Positions 19,028 to 28,248 of a stretch of 64,000 nucleotides of DNA are shown here, in pieces. Origin of the DNA: Syntrophales bacterium (GTDB taxonomy: Bacteria > Desulfobacterota > Syntrophia > Syntrophales > PHBD01); NCBI GenBank assembly GCA_963668175.1, contig OY764159.1, positions 1,056,001 to 1,120,000 on the forward strand, read 5' to 3'. The notes beneath the pieces were generated by a model. The model worked only from the letters and a program-made list of their open reading frames with translations, was not told the DNA's origin and did no database searches. A program made the position numbers and the translations under genes. Position 1 is the first letter of the stretch; every line of letters begins with the position of its first letter.

Positions 19028-19399
19028 ATGGCTGCAGAAATCAAAAAGAAGGACCAGTCCGAAGTAAAATCCCTGGAAAAGATGACGGTTAAAGAACTCA
19101 GGGCCCTGGCCTTGGAGATCCCCCGGTCTGTTGCCGTAACCGACATGAAGAAGGATGAGCTTATTGCCCTGATCAAACAGTCCAGAGGAGGGGAGGACGA
19201 GGGCGACAAAAAGAAGGAGAAGAAGGAAACGGTTAAGGCCGTCAGGACCGTCAAGACCAAAGGAGAACTGAAAACAACGATCAGGCTGCTGAAGCGACGG
19301 AGAATCGACGCACAGGAAAAGCACGACAAGAAAAGCGCCGACAGGCTGCGACGGCGCATCAGCCGGTTGAAAAAGAGGACCCGTAAGGCGGCGGCCTGA
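19028..19399 (+). CDS. Small basic protein with Rho N-terminal-like (HEH/SAP) domain and basic coiled-coil tail
   Basis: LEKMTVKELRALA...MKKDELIALI; K/R-rich helices; GGAGGTG SD. Confidence 0.65.
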   Translation: MAAEIKKKDQSEVKSLEKMTVKELRALALEIPRSVAVTDMKKDELIALIKQSRGGEDEGDKKKEKKETVKAVRTVKTKGELKTTIRLLKRRRIDAQEKHDKKSADRLRRRISRLKKRTRKAAA

Positions 19400-19431
19400 A
19401 GTGTTCCATGCACTCTCCAATGTCCAGCGCC

Positions 19432-19460
19432 TTGACATAGGGGGGGCGTATGGATATTAT
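19432..19460 (+). promoter_or_regulatory. Promoter of trxA
   Basis: TTGACA-17 nt-TATTAT. Confidence 0.7.
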
Positions 19461-19576
19461 ATAAACAGTGCCGAATATGGAAAGATCATGGAATCGTCGT
19501 CTTCCCTTGGAAGATCCCCTGAGAAAAGATTTTTCCGGGTCAAAGTGAAGTTCAATATATTGCCGGAGGTTAGACT

Positions 19577-19912
19577 ATGAGTGCAGAAGAGAACCTGATG
19601 CATATAAACGACAGCAATTTCGAACAGGAGGTCCTCAAGTCGGCGAAGCCCTCCCTGGTCGATTTCTGGGCGCCGTGGTGCGGTCCCTGCAAGGCCATCG
19701 GGCCGCTTCTCGAAGAGCTGGCCAAGGATTATAAAGACCGTATCAATATCGTGAAGGTCAACGTCGACGACAATCCGAAAACGGCCGCCATGTACGGTGT
19801 CAGAGGTATTCCGACACTGCTCCTGATCAAAGACGGGAAGAATCTCGATACACTCGTAGGGCTGGTTCCGAAAGATAGACTGGAGACATTCATCAAGAAG
19901 GCCTTGCCCTAA
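19577..19912 (+). CDS. trxA: Thioredoxin
   Basis: DFWAPWCGPCK, GIPTL; GGAGG SD. Confidence 0.97.
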   Translation: MSAEENLMHINDSNFEQEVLKSAKPSLVDFWAPWCGPCKAIGPLLEELAKDYKDRINIVKVNVDDNPKTAAMYGVRGIPTLLLIKDGKNLDTLVGLVPKDRLETFIKKALP

Positions 19913-20131
19913 GTGCCGTCTTTGTCCCCTGACGGATCATAGGGGAGCGTGTATTTCGTTTCGGGGCCTTTCTTCCTGGGGTTTTACCGTTTATTCCTGA
20001 AGGCAAATCATGACCGGGGGAGGTATGGTGGATACTTCGCCCCGGCTAAGGTTACTTGCGCGGAAGCGTCGGCGCAACTTTCTCTTGAAGGTTTTCTCCA
20101 TTTTCAGTGACCCGTGACGGGGGATTTGTGT

Positions 20132-21106
20132 TCAGCGGCGGTCCTGCTGCTGATTTCGTATGGGTCGCTCCAGAAGAAAATGATCGAGAAAAATCTGCCT
20201 GGGTTCTTTCAGATTATGGGAGAAAAGGCAGATGAGCCGCATATGGGCCATGTCCATCTCGCGTCCCTGGGGTGACGTCCTGATTTCTTCCAGGTCGATG
20301 GTGATGTGGTTTCGATTCGGCGCAAGGACAAACGTTCGGTTGTACCGGTCTTCGTAATCCTCATTATGTTTGACGTCGTTGATCCTTACCGTAAGGGGCA
20401 GGGGAGACGTTCCGGTGAGAAATACGTCGAAGGACAACATCGAGTAATTCCGCCAGTCGGGGATCAGGTGCACAAGAGAGACTCCGGGGAAAACGCCGGG
20501 TGAGAGGTTGACTTCCAGTGCGTATTCTCCATGGGTGGCGTGAAGCCCGGTCCGCTTGATCGAACTTTCATTTTCGTGCCATCGCGACATCTCCAGTCTA
20601 TTTTCGAACGAACCTAAAAGAGGGGCATCGTAGTACATCTGGATCGTGTCAAGGGTCGCCGTAATGATCGAATGGGCCATCACGATAAGGCATGAAAGGG
20701 CCAGCGCGCGCAGGGCGATCTTGCCGCGCCTGCCGATCCCCTGACGGTAGGAGTACAGGAATGCCAGAAAGGCGGCCCCGCCGACGGCATCGCTCAGGAT
20801 ATCGCCGAATCTGAATGTTCGGGAGGGGGTCCATATCTGGATGATCTCGGTCATGGTTCCGAGAAGGACGGTGATTATACCGGCGCGGACATACTGTTTC
20901 ATCCCGCAGTTGCGATAATCCCCGTTGCTCATGAGTTGGAGGATGCCCAGGGCGATGAAGCCGAACAACGGGACATGGCCGTAGCTCGTCAGGGTCTGGA
21001 TGATCCTGGAGGTCGATTTGCCGAAGTCATAGAAAAGCAGGAATGAAACGAAAAGGGTACTGGCGAAAACCGCGGCAATCGTTTTTAAGGGGGGATATGT
21101 CTTCAT
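20132..21106 (-). CDS. VanZ-family membrane protein with C-terminal carbohydrate-binding-like domain
   Basis: GHVPLF, EIIQIWTPSR...DILSD (VanZ pattern); beta-rich soluble C-terminal domain. Confidence 0.65.
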   Translation of the reverse strand: MKTYPPLKTIAAVFASTLFVSFLLFYDFGKSTSRIIQTLTSYGHVPLFGFIALGILQLMSNGDYRNCGMKQYVRAGIITVLLGTMTEIIQIWTPSRTFRFGDILSDAVGGAAFLAFLYSYRQGIGRRGKIALRALALSCLIVMAHSIITATLDTIQMYYDAPLLGSFENRLEMSRWHENESSIKRTGLHATHGEYALEVNLSPGVFPGVSLVHLIPDWRNYSMLSFDVFLTGTSPLPLTVRINDVKHNEDYEDRYNRTFVLAPNRNHITIDLEEIRTSPQGREMDMAHMRLICLFSHNLKEPRQIFLDHFLLERPIRNQQQDRR

Positions 21107-21272
21107 AGGCTGAAAAGCTTGCCGGCTGCCCGATCATACAACATGGCAGTTACTCGCATATCAACGCCATCGAAAACAGACCTGATGCCATAGCGGCTTT
21201 CGCTCCTGCCCTGCCCGGATGCGATTTGTCCCTGACGTGATGGGATGGAAGCCGATTCATGGCGCGTAAGTG

Positions 21273-21311
21273 AAAAAAGGGGTGGCGAATGGCAGACATC
21301 CGCAACCCCTT
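21273..21311 (-). terminator. Terminator after the tRNA pair
   Basis: Minus strand AGGGGTTGCGGATG...CATTCGCCACCCCT-TTTTT. Confidence 0.6.
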
Positions 21312-21318
21312 GAATTTT

Positions 21319-21394
21319 TGGAGGCGGCAACCGGATTTGAACCGGTGAATAACGGTTTTGCAGACCGCTGCCTTAGCCACTTGGCTATGCCGCC
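21319..21394 (-). tRNA. tRNA-Cys (GCA)
   Basis: GGCGGCATAGCCAAGTGGCTAAGGCAGCGGTCTGCAAAACCGTTATTCACCGGTTCAAATCCGGTTGCCGCCTCCA. Confidence 0.97.
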
Positions 21395-21407
21395 AAGAAT
21401 AAAAAAA

Positions 21408-21482
21408 TGGAGCGGGCGAACGGATTTGAACCGTCGACGTCTACCTTGGCAAGGTAGCACTCTACCACTGAGTTACGCCCGC
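21408..21482 (-). tRNA. tRNA-Gly (GCC)
   Basis: GCGGGCGTAACTCAGTGGTAGAGTGCTACCTTGCCAAGGTAGACGTCGACGGTTCAAATCCGTTCGCCCGCTCCA. Confidence 0.97.
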
Positions 21483-21556
21483 TCAATGACAGCAGGAGCG
21501 CCGAATATAACAAAACGCACCCTTTTGTCAATAAAAAATTATCGGCCAAATAAGGC

Positions 21557-21585
21557 TTGACAGGGTACCTGTTTCATGATAGCCG
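21557..21585 (+). promoter_or_regulatory. Putative promoter of the hdr/flx operon
   Basis: TTGACA-17 nt-(TGA)TAGCCG; -10 element is non-consensus. Confidence 0.45.
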
Positions 21586-21656
21586 CACAACGGTTCAAGG
21601 TTGAATCCCCCTCGGGGGATTGTTCTTTCTTTATTGAATATTAAATAGAATTCGAG

Positions 21657-24600
21657 GTGCTTAAGGTGTTAAGCGATAACGAAAAAGTTGGCGCTGTGAT
21701 GGTAGTCGGCTCGGGTATAGCCGGTATCCAGGCATCCCTTGACCTGGCAAACTCGGGAATGAAGGTCTATCTTGTCGAGAACGGGATCAGCATCGGCGGG
21801 GTGATGGCCCAACTGGACAAAACTTTTCCTACGAATGATTGTTCTGCATGTATTCTTTCGCCCAAATTGGTGGAAGTCGGGCGACATCCGAATGTTGAGA
21901 TTCTAACCAGAAGAACGGTCGAGGCCGTTGAGGGGGAGCCGGGGCGTTTCAAAGTCAAAATGACGAAGGCCCCCAGGTTCATCGATTTGAATAAATGTAC
22001 CGGATGCGGCGATTGCGCCAATGCCTGTCCGGTCGAAGTCCCCTCCGGCTTCAACGAAGGCCTCAGCACTAGGAAAGCCACCTATAGGCACTTTCCCCAG
22101 GCCATTCCCAGCGGCTTCGCCATCGATAAGCTCGGGACGGCCCCGTGTAAAGCCAACTGCCCGACGCACATCAGCGTTCAGGGCTATGTGGCCCTGATCG
22201 CCAAAGGGCAATTCAAGGAAGCCCTGAGGCTCATCAAAAAAGACAATCCGTTCCCCATCGTTTGCGGCCGGGTCTGCAACCATCCCTGCGAAACAGCGTG
22301 TATGCGCGGCAAGGTGGATGAGCCCATCGACATCATGCACCTGAAGCGGTTTGTCGCCGATCTCGATCTCAAGGCGGAGACCCGCTATATTCCGGAGGTC
22401 AAAGAAAAGAAGAACAAAAAAGTGGCCATGGTGGGCGCCGGCCCGGCCAGTCTGACGGCCGCGTATTACCTGGCGGCGGAGGGCTACGACTGCGAAGTGT
22501 TCGAGTCCCTGCCCGTGGCTGGCGGATGGCTCGCCGTCGGTATCCCCGAATACCGCCTCCCCAAGGATGTCCTCAGGGCGGAGATCAAGGTGATCGAAGA
22601 CCTGGGCGTCAAAATCCATTTGAACACCAGAATCGGGAAGGACATACCCTTCGATAAACTGAAGACCGATTTCGACGCCGTCTTCATCGGCTGCGGAACG
22701 GCCCTGAGCAGCAAGCTCGACATCCCCGGCGAAGACATGCAGGGCGTGATCCACGGCGTCGATTATCTGCGCCGCATTAACCTGGGCGAAAAAGTCTTCC
22801 TGGGAGACCGTGTGGCCGTCATCGGCGGCGGCAACGTCGCCATGGACGCCGTGCGTACCGCGATCCGCACCGGCTCGAAGGATGTCTTCATCCTGTACCG
22901 CCGTTCCCGCAAGGAAATGCCGGCCTCGCCGGAGGAAATCGAAGAGGCCCTTGAAGAAGGGATCAAGATGGAATTCCAGGTCGCGCCTGTCCGGATCGTA
23001 GGCAAGGACGGGAAAGTGACGGGCATCGAATGCGTCCGGATGGAGCTGGGCGAACCCGATGCGAGCGGCCGCAGGCGTCCAATCCCCGTGAAGGGATCGG
23101 AGTTCATCGTCGAGGCGGACGCCATCGTTCCCGCCATTGGCCAGGCTGCGGACCTGACCTTCGTTCCGAAGGAGAGCGGCATCGCCATCAACAAGTGGGA
23201 TAATTTCGAGGTCGATCCTGTAACCTTTGCCGGCAACGTCCCCGGCGTTTTCGCCGGCGGCGACGTCGTCACCGGTCCGCAGACCGTCGTGAAGGCCGTC
23301 TACGCGGGAAAAGAGGCGGCCGTCTCCATTGACCGCTACTTGAGGGGCGAGGATATGAAGGCCGGCCGGGAGAAAGACTGGACGAAAGACGTTGCCGACC
23401 AGGGAGACACGAGTTGCGTCGAAAAAGAGCCTCGCGTCAAGTATCCCCATCTGAAGCCCGAAGACCGGAGGTCCGATTTCCGGGAAGTGGGCATCGGCTT
23501 CGGCGAGGCGGAGGCCGTGGCGGAAGCGAACCGTTGCCTCAGCTGCGGTATCTGTTCCGAGTGCTACCGCTGTGTCGACGTCTGTATAGCCAAAGCTGTC
23601 AACCATGACGACAAGTACGAAGAAGAAACCATCGAGGTTGGTGCCGTCATCGCCGCCCCCGGGTTTGAGATATTCGATGCCACGCTCCGGGGCGAATACG
23701 GACTCGGCCAATACCAAAATGTCGTGACGTCCATCCAGTTCGAGCGTATCCTTTCCGCGTCCGGGCCCTATTTCGGCCATGTACAGCGCATCTCCGACGG
23801 GAAGGAACCGAAAAAGGTCGCCTTCATCCAGTGCGTCGGGTCCCGCGACACGTCCTGTGATAACAGCTGGTGCTCTTCCGTCTGCTGTATGTATGCGACG
23901 AAGGAAGCCATCATCGGCAAGGAGCATGCGTCGGCACTGGAGCCGACGATCTTCTTCATGGATATCCGGGCGCACGGCAAGGACTTCGACCGTTTCGTCA
24001 ACCGGGCGAAGAACGAATACGGCATCCGCTATATCCGGTCGATACCTTCCAGCGTCAAGGAACTGCAGCAGTCGAAAAACCTGCTCATGAAATATGTGAA
24101 GGAGGACGGCACCATCGTCGAGGAAGAATTCGAAATGGTGGTCCTCTCGGTCGGTCTCACGCCGCCCAAGGAAGCGGTCAAACTGGCCGGAGCCCTGGGG
24201 GTGGAGCTTGAAGAGCACGGTTTCTGCAAGACCTCTCTGGAGAATCCCGTTGAAACGTCCCGCGGCGGCGTATTCGTCTGCGGCGCCTTCGGCGGTCCGA
24301 AAGACATTCCGGAAACCGTCATGGAAGCAAGCAGCGCGGCGGCCTGTGCTGAGGGTCTCCTTTCCTCGCGGCGCGGCACGATGATCTGCGAGCCGGATAT
24401 TCCGCTGGAAAACGACATCCGCGGCATCGGTCCGAGAACGGGCGTCTTTGTCTGCCACTGCGGCATCAACATCGGCGGCGTCGTCGATGTCCCGGCCGTC
24501 ACGGAATACGCCAAGTCGCTGCCCAACGTCGTCTTCACCATGGACAATCTGTTCACCTGTTCGCAGGATACGGCCGTCAAGATGGGCGAGGTCATCAAAG

Positions 24601-26090
24601 AGCAGAACCTGACCCGCGTCGTCGTGGCGTCCTGTTCGCCGCGAACCCACGAAGGGCTTTTCCAGGAGAACTGCGAAAAGGCGGGCCTGAATCCCTACCT
24701 GTTCGAAATGGCGAACATCCGCGATCAGAATTCGTGGGTGCACATGCATGAGCCGGAAGCGGCCACGGAGAAGGCCAAGGACCTCGTCCGGATGGCCGTG
24801 GCCAAGGCCGAGTTTCTCAAACCGCTGAAGCCCGGGCAGCTGACCGTCAACCATGCGGCCATGATCATCGGCGGCGGGTTGGCTGGCATCACGGCGGCCC
24901 TGTCCCTGGCCGACCAGGGGTTCGCCTCCTATATCGTCGAGAAGGAAGCGGCGCTGGGCGGTAACTATGCCAAGCTCCACTACACGCTGGAAGGCATGGA
25001 TACAAAGCAGCACCTGGCCCGTCTAATCGACCGGGTCAAAAAGAACGAGCTGGTTCACGTTTACACCGGTGCGAACATCAAGAAAATCGACGGCTTCATC
25101 GGGAATTACAAGACCACGCTGGAGACCAAAGACGGCGAAGTCCAGTTCGAGCACGGCGTCGTCATCGTGGCGACCGGGGCCTACGAACTGGAGACCAAGG
25201 AGTACCTCTACGGCCAGTCCGACCGGGTCGTTTCCCAGCGCGAGCTGGAGAAGATGATCGCCGAGAAGGACACCAAGCTGGCTCGGACGAAGAGCGTCGT
25301 CATGATCCAGTGCGTCGGGTCGAGGAACTCCGAGCGGCCTTACTGCAGCCGCTACTGCTGTTCCGAGGCCATCAAGAACGCCCTGAAGCTGAAAGAAACT
25401 GACCCGTCCACGGACGTGACCGTCATCTACAGGGACATCCGGACGTACGGTCTGAAAGAGGATTATTACAAAAAGGCGAGGGAACTGAACGTCAAGTTCG
25501 TCCGCTACGACGAAGACCGCAAGCCGGAAGTGAAGGCCGACGGCGCCGGGCTTTCGATCAAGGTTTTCGATCCTGTCCTGAACGAAGCGGTTGAACTGAA
25601 GACGGACCTCCTGGCCTTGAGCGTCGGCACGGTCCCGAATCCAGGCAACGAAGACATCGGCAAGATGCTGAAGGTCCCGACCAACCAGGACGGCTTCTTC
25701 CTGGAAGCCCATGTCAAACTGAGACCGGTCGACTTCGCGACGGACGGCGTGTTTATGTGCGGCATGGCCCATTCGCCGAAAATGAGCGACGAGAGCATCG
25801 TCCAGGCGAACGCGGCCGTTTCGCGGGCCTGTACGATCCTGACGAAGGATTACATCGAGGCGGAAGGCAAGACGGCCTATGTCAACAAGGATCGTTGCGC
25901 GGCCTGCGGGCTTTGCGAGGCCAACTGCCCCTTCAGCGCCATCTCCGTCGACTTCAACGAGCGCTGCGCGGTTGTGAACACGGTCTTGTGCAAGGGATGC
26001 GGTGTCTGTACGGCTTCGTGCCGCATGAATGCCGTCGACCTGAACGGATTCAACAACGAGGAAGTTCTGGCTCAAATCGCGGCACTGTAA
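21657..26090 (+). CDS. hdrA: Large heterodisulfide reductase A-like flavoprotein (HdrL type): two HdrA modules with an inserted GltD/NfnB-like NAD(P)H oxidoreductase module
   Basis: GSGIAG...LDKTFPTNDCSAC; CGRVC, GAGPA, GIPEYRLP, GGGNVAMD, YRR; two IQCVGSR...CS..CC motifs; FVCHCG, ASCSPRTHE, ANIRDQ; ferredoxin motifs; start may be GTG 21666. Confidence 0.9.
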   Translation: MLKVLSDNEKVGAVMVVGSGIAGIQASLDLANSGMKVYLVENGISIGGVMAQLDKTFPTNDCSACILSPKLVEVGRHPNVEILTRRTVEAVEGEPGRFKVKMTKAPRFIDLNKCTGCGDCANACPVEVPSGFNEGLSTRKATYRHFPQAIPSGFAIDKLGTAPCKANCPTHISVQGYVALIAKGQFKEALRLIKKDNPFPIVCGRVCNHPCETACMRGKVDEPIDIMHLKRFVADLDLKAETRYIPEVKEKKNKKVAMVGAGPASLTAAYYLAAEGYDCEVFESLPVAGGWLAVGIPEYRLPKDVLRAEIKVIEDLGVKIHLNTRIGKDIPFDKLKTDFDAVFIGCGTALSSKLDIPGEDMQGVIHGVDYLRRINLGEKVFLGDRVAVIGGGNVAMDAVRTAIRTGSKDVFILYRRSRKEMPASPEEIEEALEEGIKMEFQVAPVRIVGKDGKVTGIECVRMELGEPDASGRRRPIPVKGSEFIVEADAIVPAIGQAADLTFVPKESGIAINKWDNFEVDPVTFAGNVPGVFAGGDVVTGPQTVVKAVYAGKEAAVSIDRYLRGEDMKAGREKDWTKDVADQGDTSCVEKEPRVKYPHLKPEDRRSDFREVGIGFGEAEAVAEANRCLSCGICSECYRCVDVCIAKAVNHDDKYEEETIEVGAVIAAPGFEIFDATLRGEYGLGQYQNVVTSIQFERILSASGPYFGHVQRISDGKEPKKVAFIQCVGSRDTSCDNSWCSSVCCMYATKEAIIGKEHASALEPTIFFMDIRAHGKDFDRFVNRAKNEYGIRYIRSIPSSVKELQQSKNLLMKYVKEDGTIVEEEFEMVVLSVGLTPPKEAVKLAGALGVELEEHGFCKTSLENPVETSRGGVFVCGAFGGPKDIPETVMEASSAAACAEGLLSSRRGTMICEPDIPLENDIRGIGPRTGVFVCHCGINIGGVVDVPAVTEYAKSLPNVVFTMDNLFTCSQDTAVKMGEVIKEQNLTRVVVASCSPRTHEGLFQENCEKAGLNPYLFEMANIRDQNSWVHMHEPEAATEKAKDLVRMAVAKAEFLKPLKPGQLTVNHAAMIIGGGLAGITAALSLADQGFASYIVEKEAALGGNYAKLHYTLEGMDTKQHLARLIDRVKKNELVHVYTGANIKKIDGFIGNYKTTLETKDGEVQFEHGVVIVATGAYELETKEYLYGQSDRVVSQRELEKMIAEKDTKLARTKSVVMIQCVGSRNSERPYCSRYCCSEAIKNALKLKETDPSTDVTVIYRDIRTYGLKEDYYKKARELNVKFVRYDEDRKPEVKADGAGLSIKVFDPVLNEAVELKTDLLALSVGTVPNPGNEDIGKMLKVPTNQDGFFLEAHVKLRPVDFATDGVFMCGMAHSPKMSDESIVQANAAVSRACTILTKDYIEAEGKTAYVNKDRCAACGLCEANCPFSAISVDFNERCAVVNTVLCKGCGVCTASCRMNAVDLNGFNNEEVLAQIAAL

Positions 26091-26122
26091 TCGTAGATCA
26101 TAGATAATGGATTGGAGTTCAT

Positions 26123-26563
26123 ATGGGTGAGAATAAGACAACGGGAGACTGGGAACCTAAGATCATAGCCATCGTGTGCAACTGGTGCACTTATGCCGGA
26201 GCGGATCTGGCCGGGATAAGCAGGATTCAGTATCCGCCTAACGTGAGGATCATCAGGGTTCCTTGTACGGGCCGCATCAACCCCTTTTATGTCGTGAAGG
26301 CCCTGCAGGAAGGGGCCGACGGCGTGCTGGTTTCGGGCTGTCATCCGGGCGAGTGCCACTACCTGACGGGCAACCTGGCCGCCAGAAGAAAATTCGCGAT
26401 GCTGAAGAATTTCCTGAACTACATCGGCATCGAGGGCGACCGGACGATGTTCACCTGGGTGTCGGCGTCGGAGGGCGATCGTTTCGCCCAGGTCATCAAG
26501 GGCGTAACAGCCGCGGTGAAGAAATTGGGGCCTGCCGAGAAACTGGTGAAGAAGATCGCATAA
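26123..26563 (+). CDS. mvhD: MvhD/FlxD [2Fe-2S] subunit
   Basis: CNWCTYAGADLAG, RVPCTGR, GCHPGECHY, WVSASEG. Confidence 0.93.
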   Translation: MGENKTTGDWEPKIIAIVCNWCTYAGADLAGISRIQYPPNVRIIRVPCTGRINPFYVVKALQEGADGVLVSGCHPGECHYLTGNLAARRKFAMLKNFLNYIGIEGDRTMFTWVSASEGDRFAQVIKGVTAAVKKLGPAEKLVKKIA

Positions 26564-26591
26564 CCAATAAACTCATGAGGAATGATTAGCT

Positions 26592-27602
26592 GTGGAAAAT
26601 ATCGATAAAAAGCTGCAGGAAGAGGTCCGGAGACTGCTGGACGAAAAGAAGGTCGACGTCGTTGTCGGATATGAGCAGGGCACACTGCCGCTGACGGCCA
26701 CGCCCTGTTTTATAACCGCTTCTGCGGATGCGGATAAACTGGTCTGGAATGCCTTCTGCACACAAAATCTTGCCAAGTACGTTCACGATCTCATCTCACA
26801 GCACCGGGACTCTCAGAAGAGAGTGAAACCTGAGGACAGGAAAAAGAAGGTCGTCGGCGTCGTCGCCCGCGGCTGTGCGACACGCTCCATCGTCATCCAT
26901 CTTCAGGAGAAGCAGTACGACCGGGAAGATGTGGTCATCATCGGCGTTCCCTGTACGGGTTATGTCGACAAGACCAAGGTTGCCGCCAAACTGAACGGCG
27001 AAGAGGTCCTCGGCGGATCGCTGGAAGGCGACGAGCTCTCCGTCAAGACGGCCGGCGGCGACAAGAAAATGTCCTTGAAAGAAGTTCTGGCGAACAACTG
27101 CCTCACCTGCCGTTTCAACAACCCCGTTATCTCCGACATGATGATCGGCGCCGCCGCCCCGGCAATGGACGCCGACCGCGAGTATGCGGACGTGCAGGCC
27201 ATGGAGAAGCTTTCCGTCGAGGAGCGCTGGGCCTACTTCAAGAAGGAGATGGCCAAATGCATGCGCTGTTACGCCTGCCGCCAGGCCTGTCCTTCCTGCT
27301 ACTGCAAAGTCTGCTTCCAGGAACAAAGCCAGCCGCAATGGGTCGGTGTCGGCGAAGACCAGACGGATACGCAGGTCTTCCAAATGATGAGAATATTTCA
27401 CATGGTCGGACGCTGCGTCGATTGCGGGTCCTGCAACGATGTCTGCCCGATGGGCGTCAACCTGAGAATGTTCCTGAAGAAACTCGACAAGGACGCCTTC
27501 ATAATGTTCGACAGCCGGACCGGCGTTTCTCTGGACGAGCCGCCGCCGCTTTCCACGTACAAGGAGCACGAGAAAAGCGAGGACTTTATTTTTAATCCCT
27601 GA
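26592..27602 (+). CDS. FlxC/FdhB-like iron-sulfur protein
   Basis: CMRCYACRQACPSCYC, H..GRCVDCGSCNDVCP; FrhB/FdhB-like N-terminus. Confidence 0.8.
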   Translation: MENIDKKLQEEVRRLLDEKKVDVVVGYEQGTLPLTATPCFITASADADKLVWNAFCTQNLAKYVHDLISQHRDSQKRVKPEDRKKKVVGVVARGCATRSIVIHLQEKQYDREDVVIIGVPCTGYVDKTKVAAKLNGEEVLGGSLEGDELSVKTAGGDKKMSLKEVLANNCLTCRFNNPVISDMMIGAAAPAMDADREYADVQAMEKLSVEERWAYFKKEMAKCMRCYACRQACPSCYCKVCFQEQSQPQWVGVGEDQTDTQVFQMMRIFHMVGRCVDCGSCNDVCPMGVNLRMFLKKLDKDAFIMFDSRTGVSLDEPPPLSTYKEHEKSEDFIFNP

Positions 27603-27697
27603 TTTACAGAGGGTTTCGCAACTGCGAATAACATATTAGTTCAATCTTACGGCAGCCGGCCGCCAGCGAAAAACGGCCGCAGCCGAATGGAGACCGC

Positions 27698-28225
27698 ATG
27701 AATACCTTTCTTGAAGAAGTAAACAGTCAAATCAACGGCGTTCCCATCCAGCGATGCTACCATTGCCGGAAATGTACGGCCGGATGCCCCCTGGCCTCCG
27801 TGATGGAGTACAACCCCAACAAGGTCATCAAGATGATCCAGATGGGCAAGCGCAGCGAAGTCCTGAACAGTTCGACCATCTGGCTTTGCGCCTCCTGTGA
27901 GACCTGCATTACCCGCTGCCCGAACCAGGTGGATATCGCCCGCATGATGGATGTCCTCCGGGAGATGGCCATTGCTTCGGGCGTTGGGGCCAAAGAGAAG
28001 AACATCCTCAAGTTCCACGAATCGTTCCTCTCCAACATCAAGCTGGGCGGCCGCATCAACGAACCGACCATGATGGTCCAGTATAAGCTCAAATCGGGAG
28101 ATCTCTTTTCCGATATGGGGATGGGCATCAACATGTTCCTCAAGGGCAAGCTGGCCCTCATCTCCCCTAAGACGAAAAATATCGACGCCGTAAGAAAGAT
28201 TTTTGAAAAAACGAAGCATGCGTGA
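27698..28225 (+). CDS. hdrC: Heterodisulfide reductase subunit C-like
   Basis: CYHCRKCTAGCP...IWLCASCETCITRCP. Confidence 0.9.
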   Translation: MNTFLEEVNSQINGVPIQRCYHCRKCTAGCPLASVMEYNPNKVIKMIQMGKRSEVLNSSTIWLCASCETCITRCPNQVDIARMMDVLREMAIASGVGAKEKNILKFHESFLSNIKLGGRINEPTMMVQYKLKSGDLFSDMGMGINMFLKGKLALISPKTKNIDAVRKIFEKTKHA

Positions 28226-28248
28226 AGCGTAAACGAAGGAGGCCATAG

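Noticed and set aside
20025..20117. 30-codon ORF MVDTSPRLRLLARKRRR... after GGAGGT
   Set aside because: SD abuts the ATG, there is no recognisable homology, and it sits in a convergent terminator zone
5440..21333. 14-bp exact repeat GGAGGCGGCAACCG (5440-5453 and 21320-21333) matching the tRNA-Cys 3' end, suggesting attL/attR of an island
   Set aside because: The enclosed region holds essential core genes (folC, lptD, rplM, rpsI, trxA) and no integrase; most likely a chance match in GC-rich DNA
21903..25013. 1036-aa antisense ORF and other long antisense ORFs (e.g. 36747-38768, 42984-44624, 31863-33506)
   Set aside because: Shadow frames opposite well-conserved GC-rich genes; no recognisable motifs
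21657..26563. Possible selenocysteine recoding in HdrA/MvhD
   Set aside because: Frames have no internal TGA; the relevant positions encode Cys
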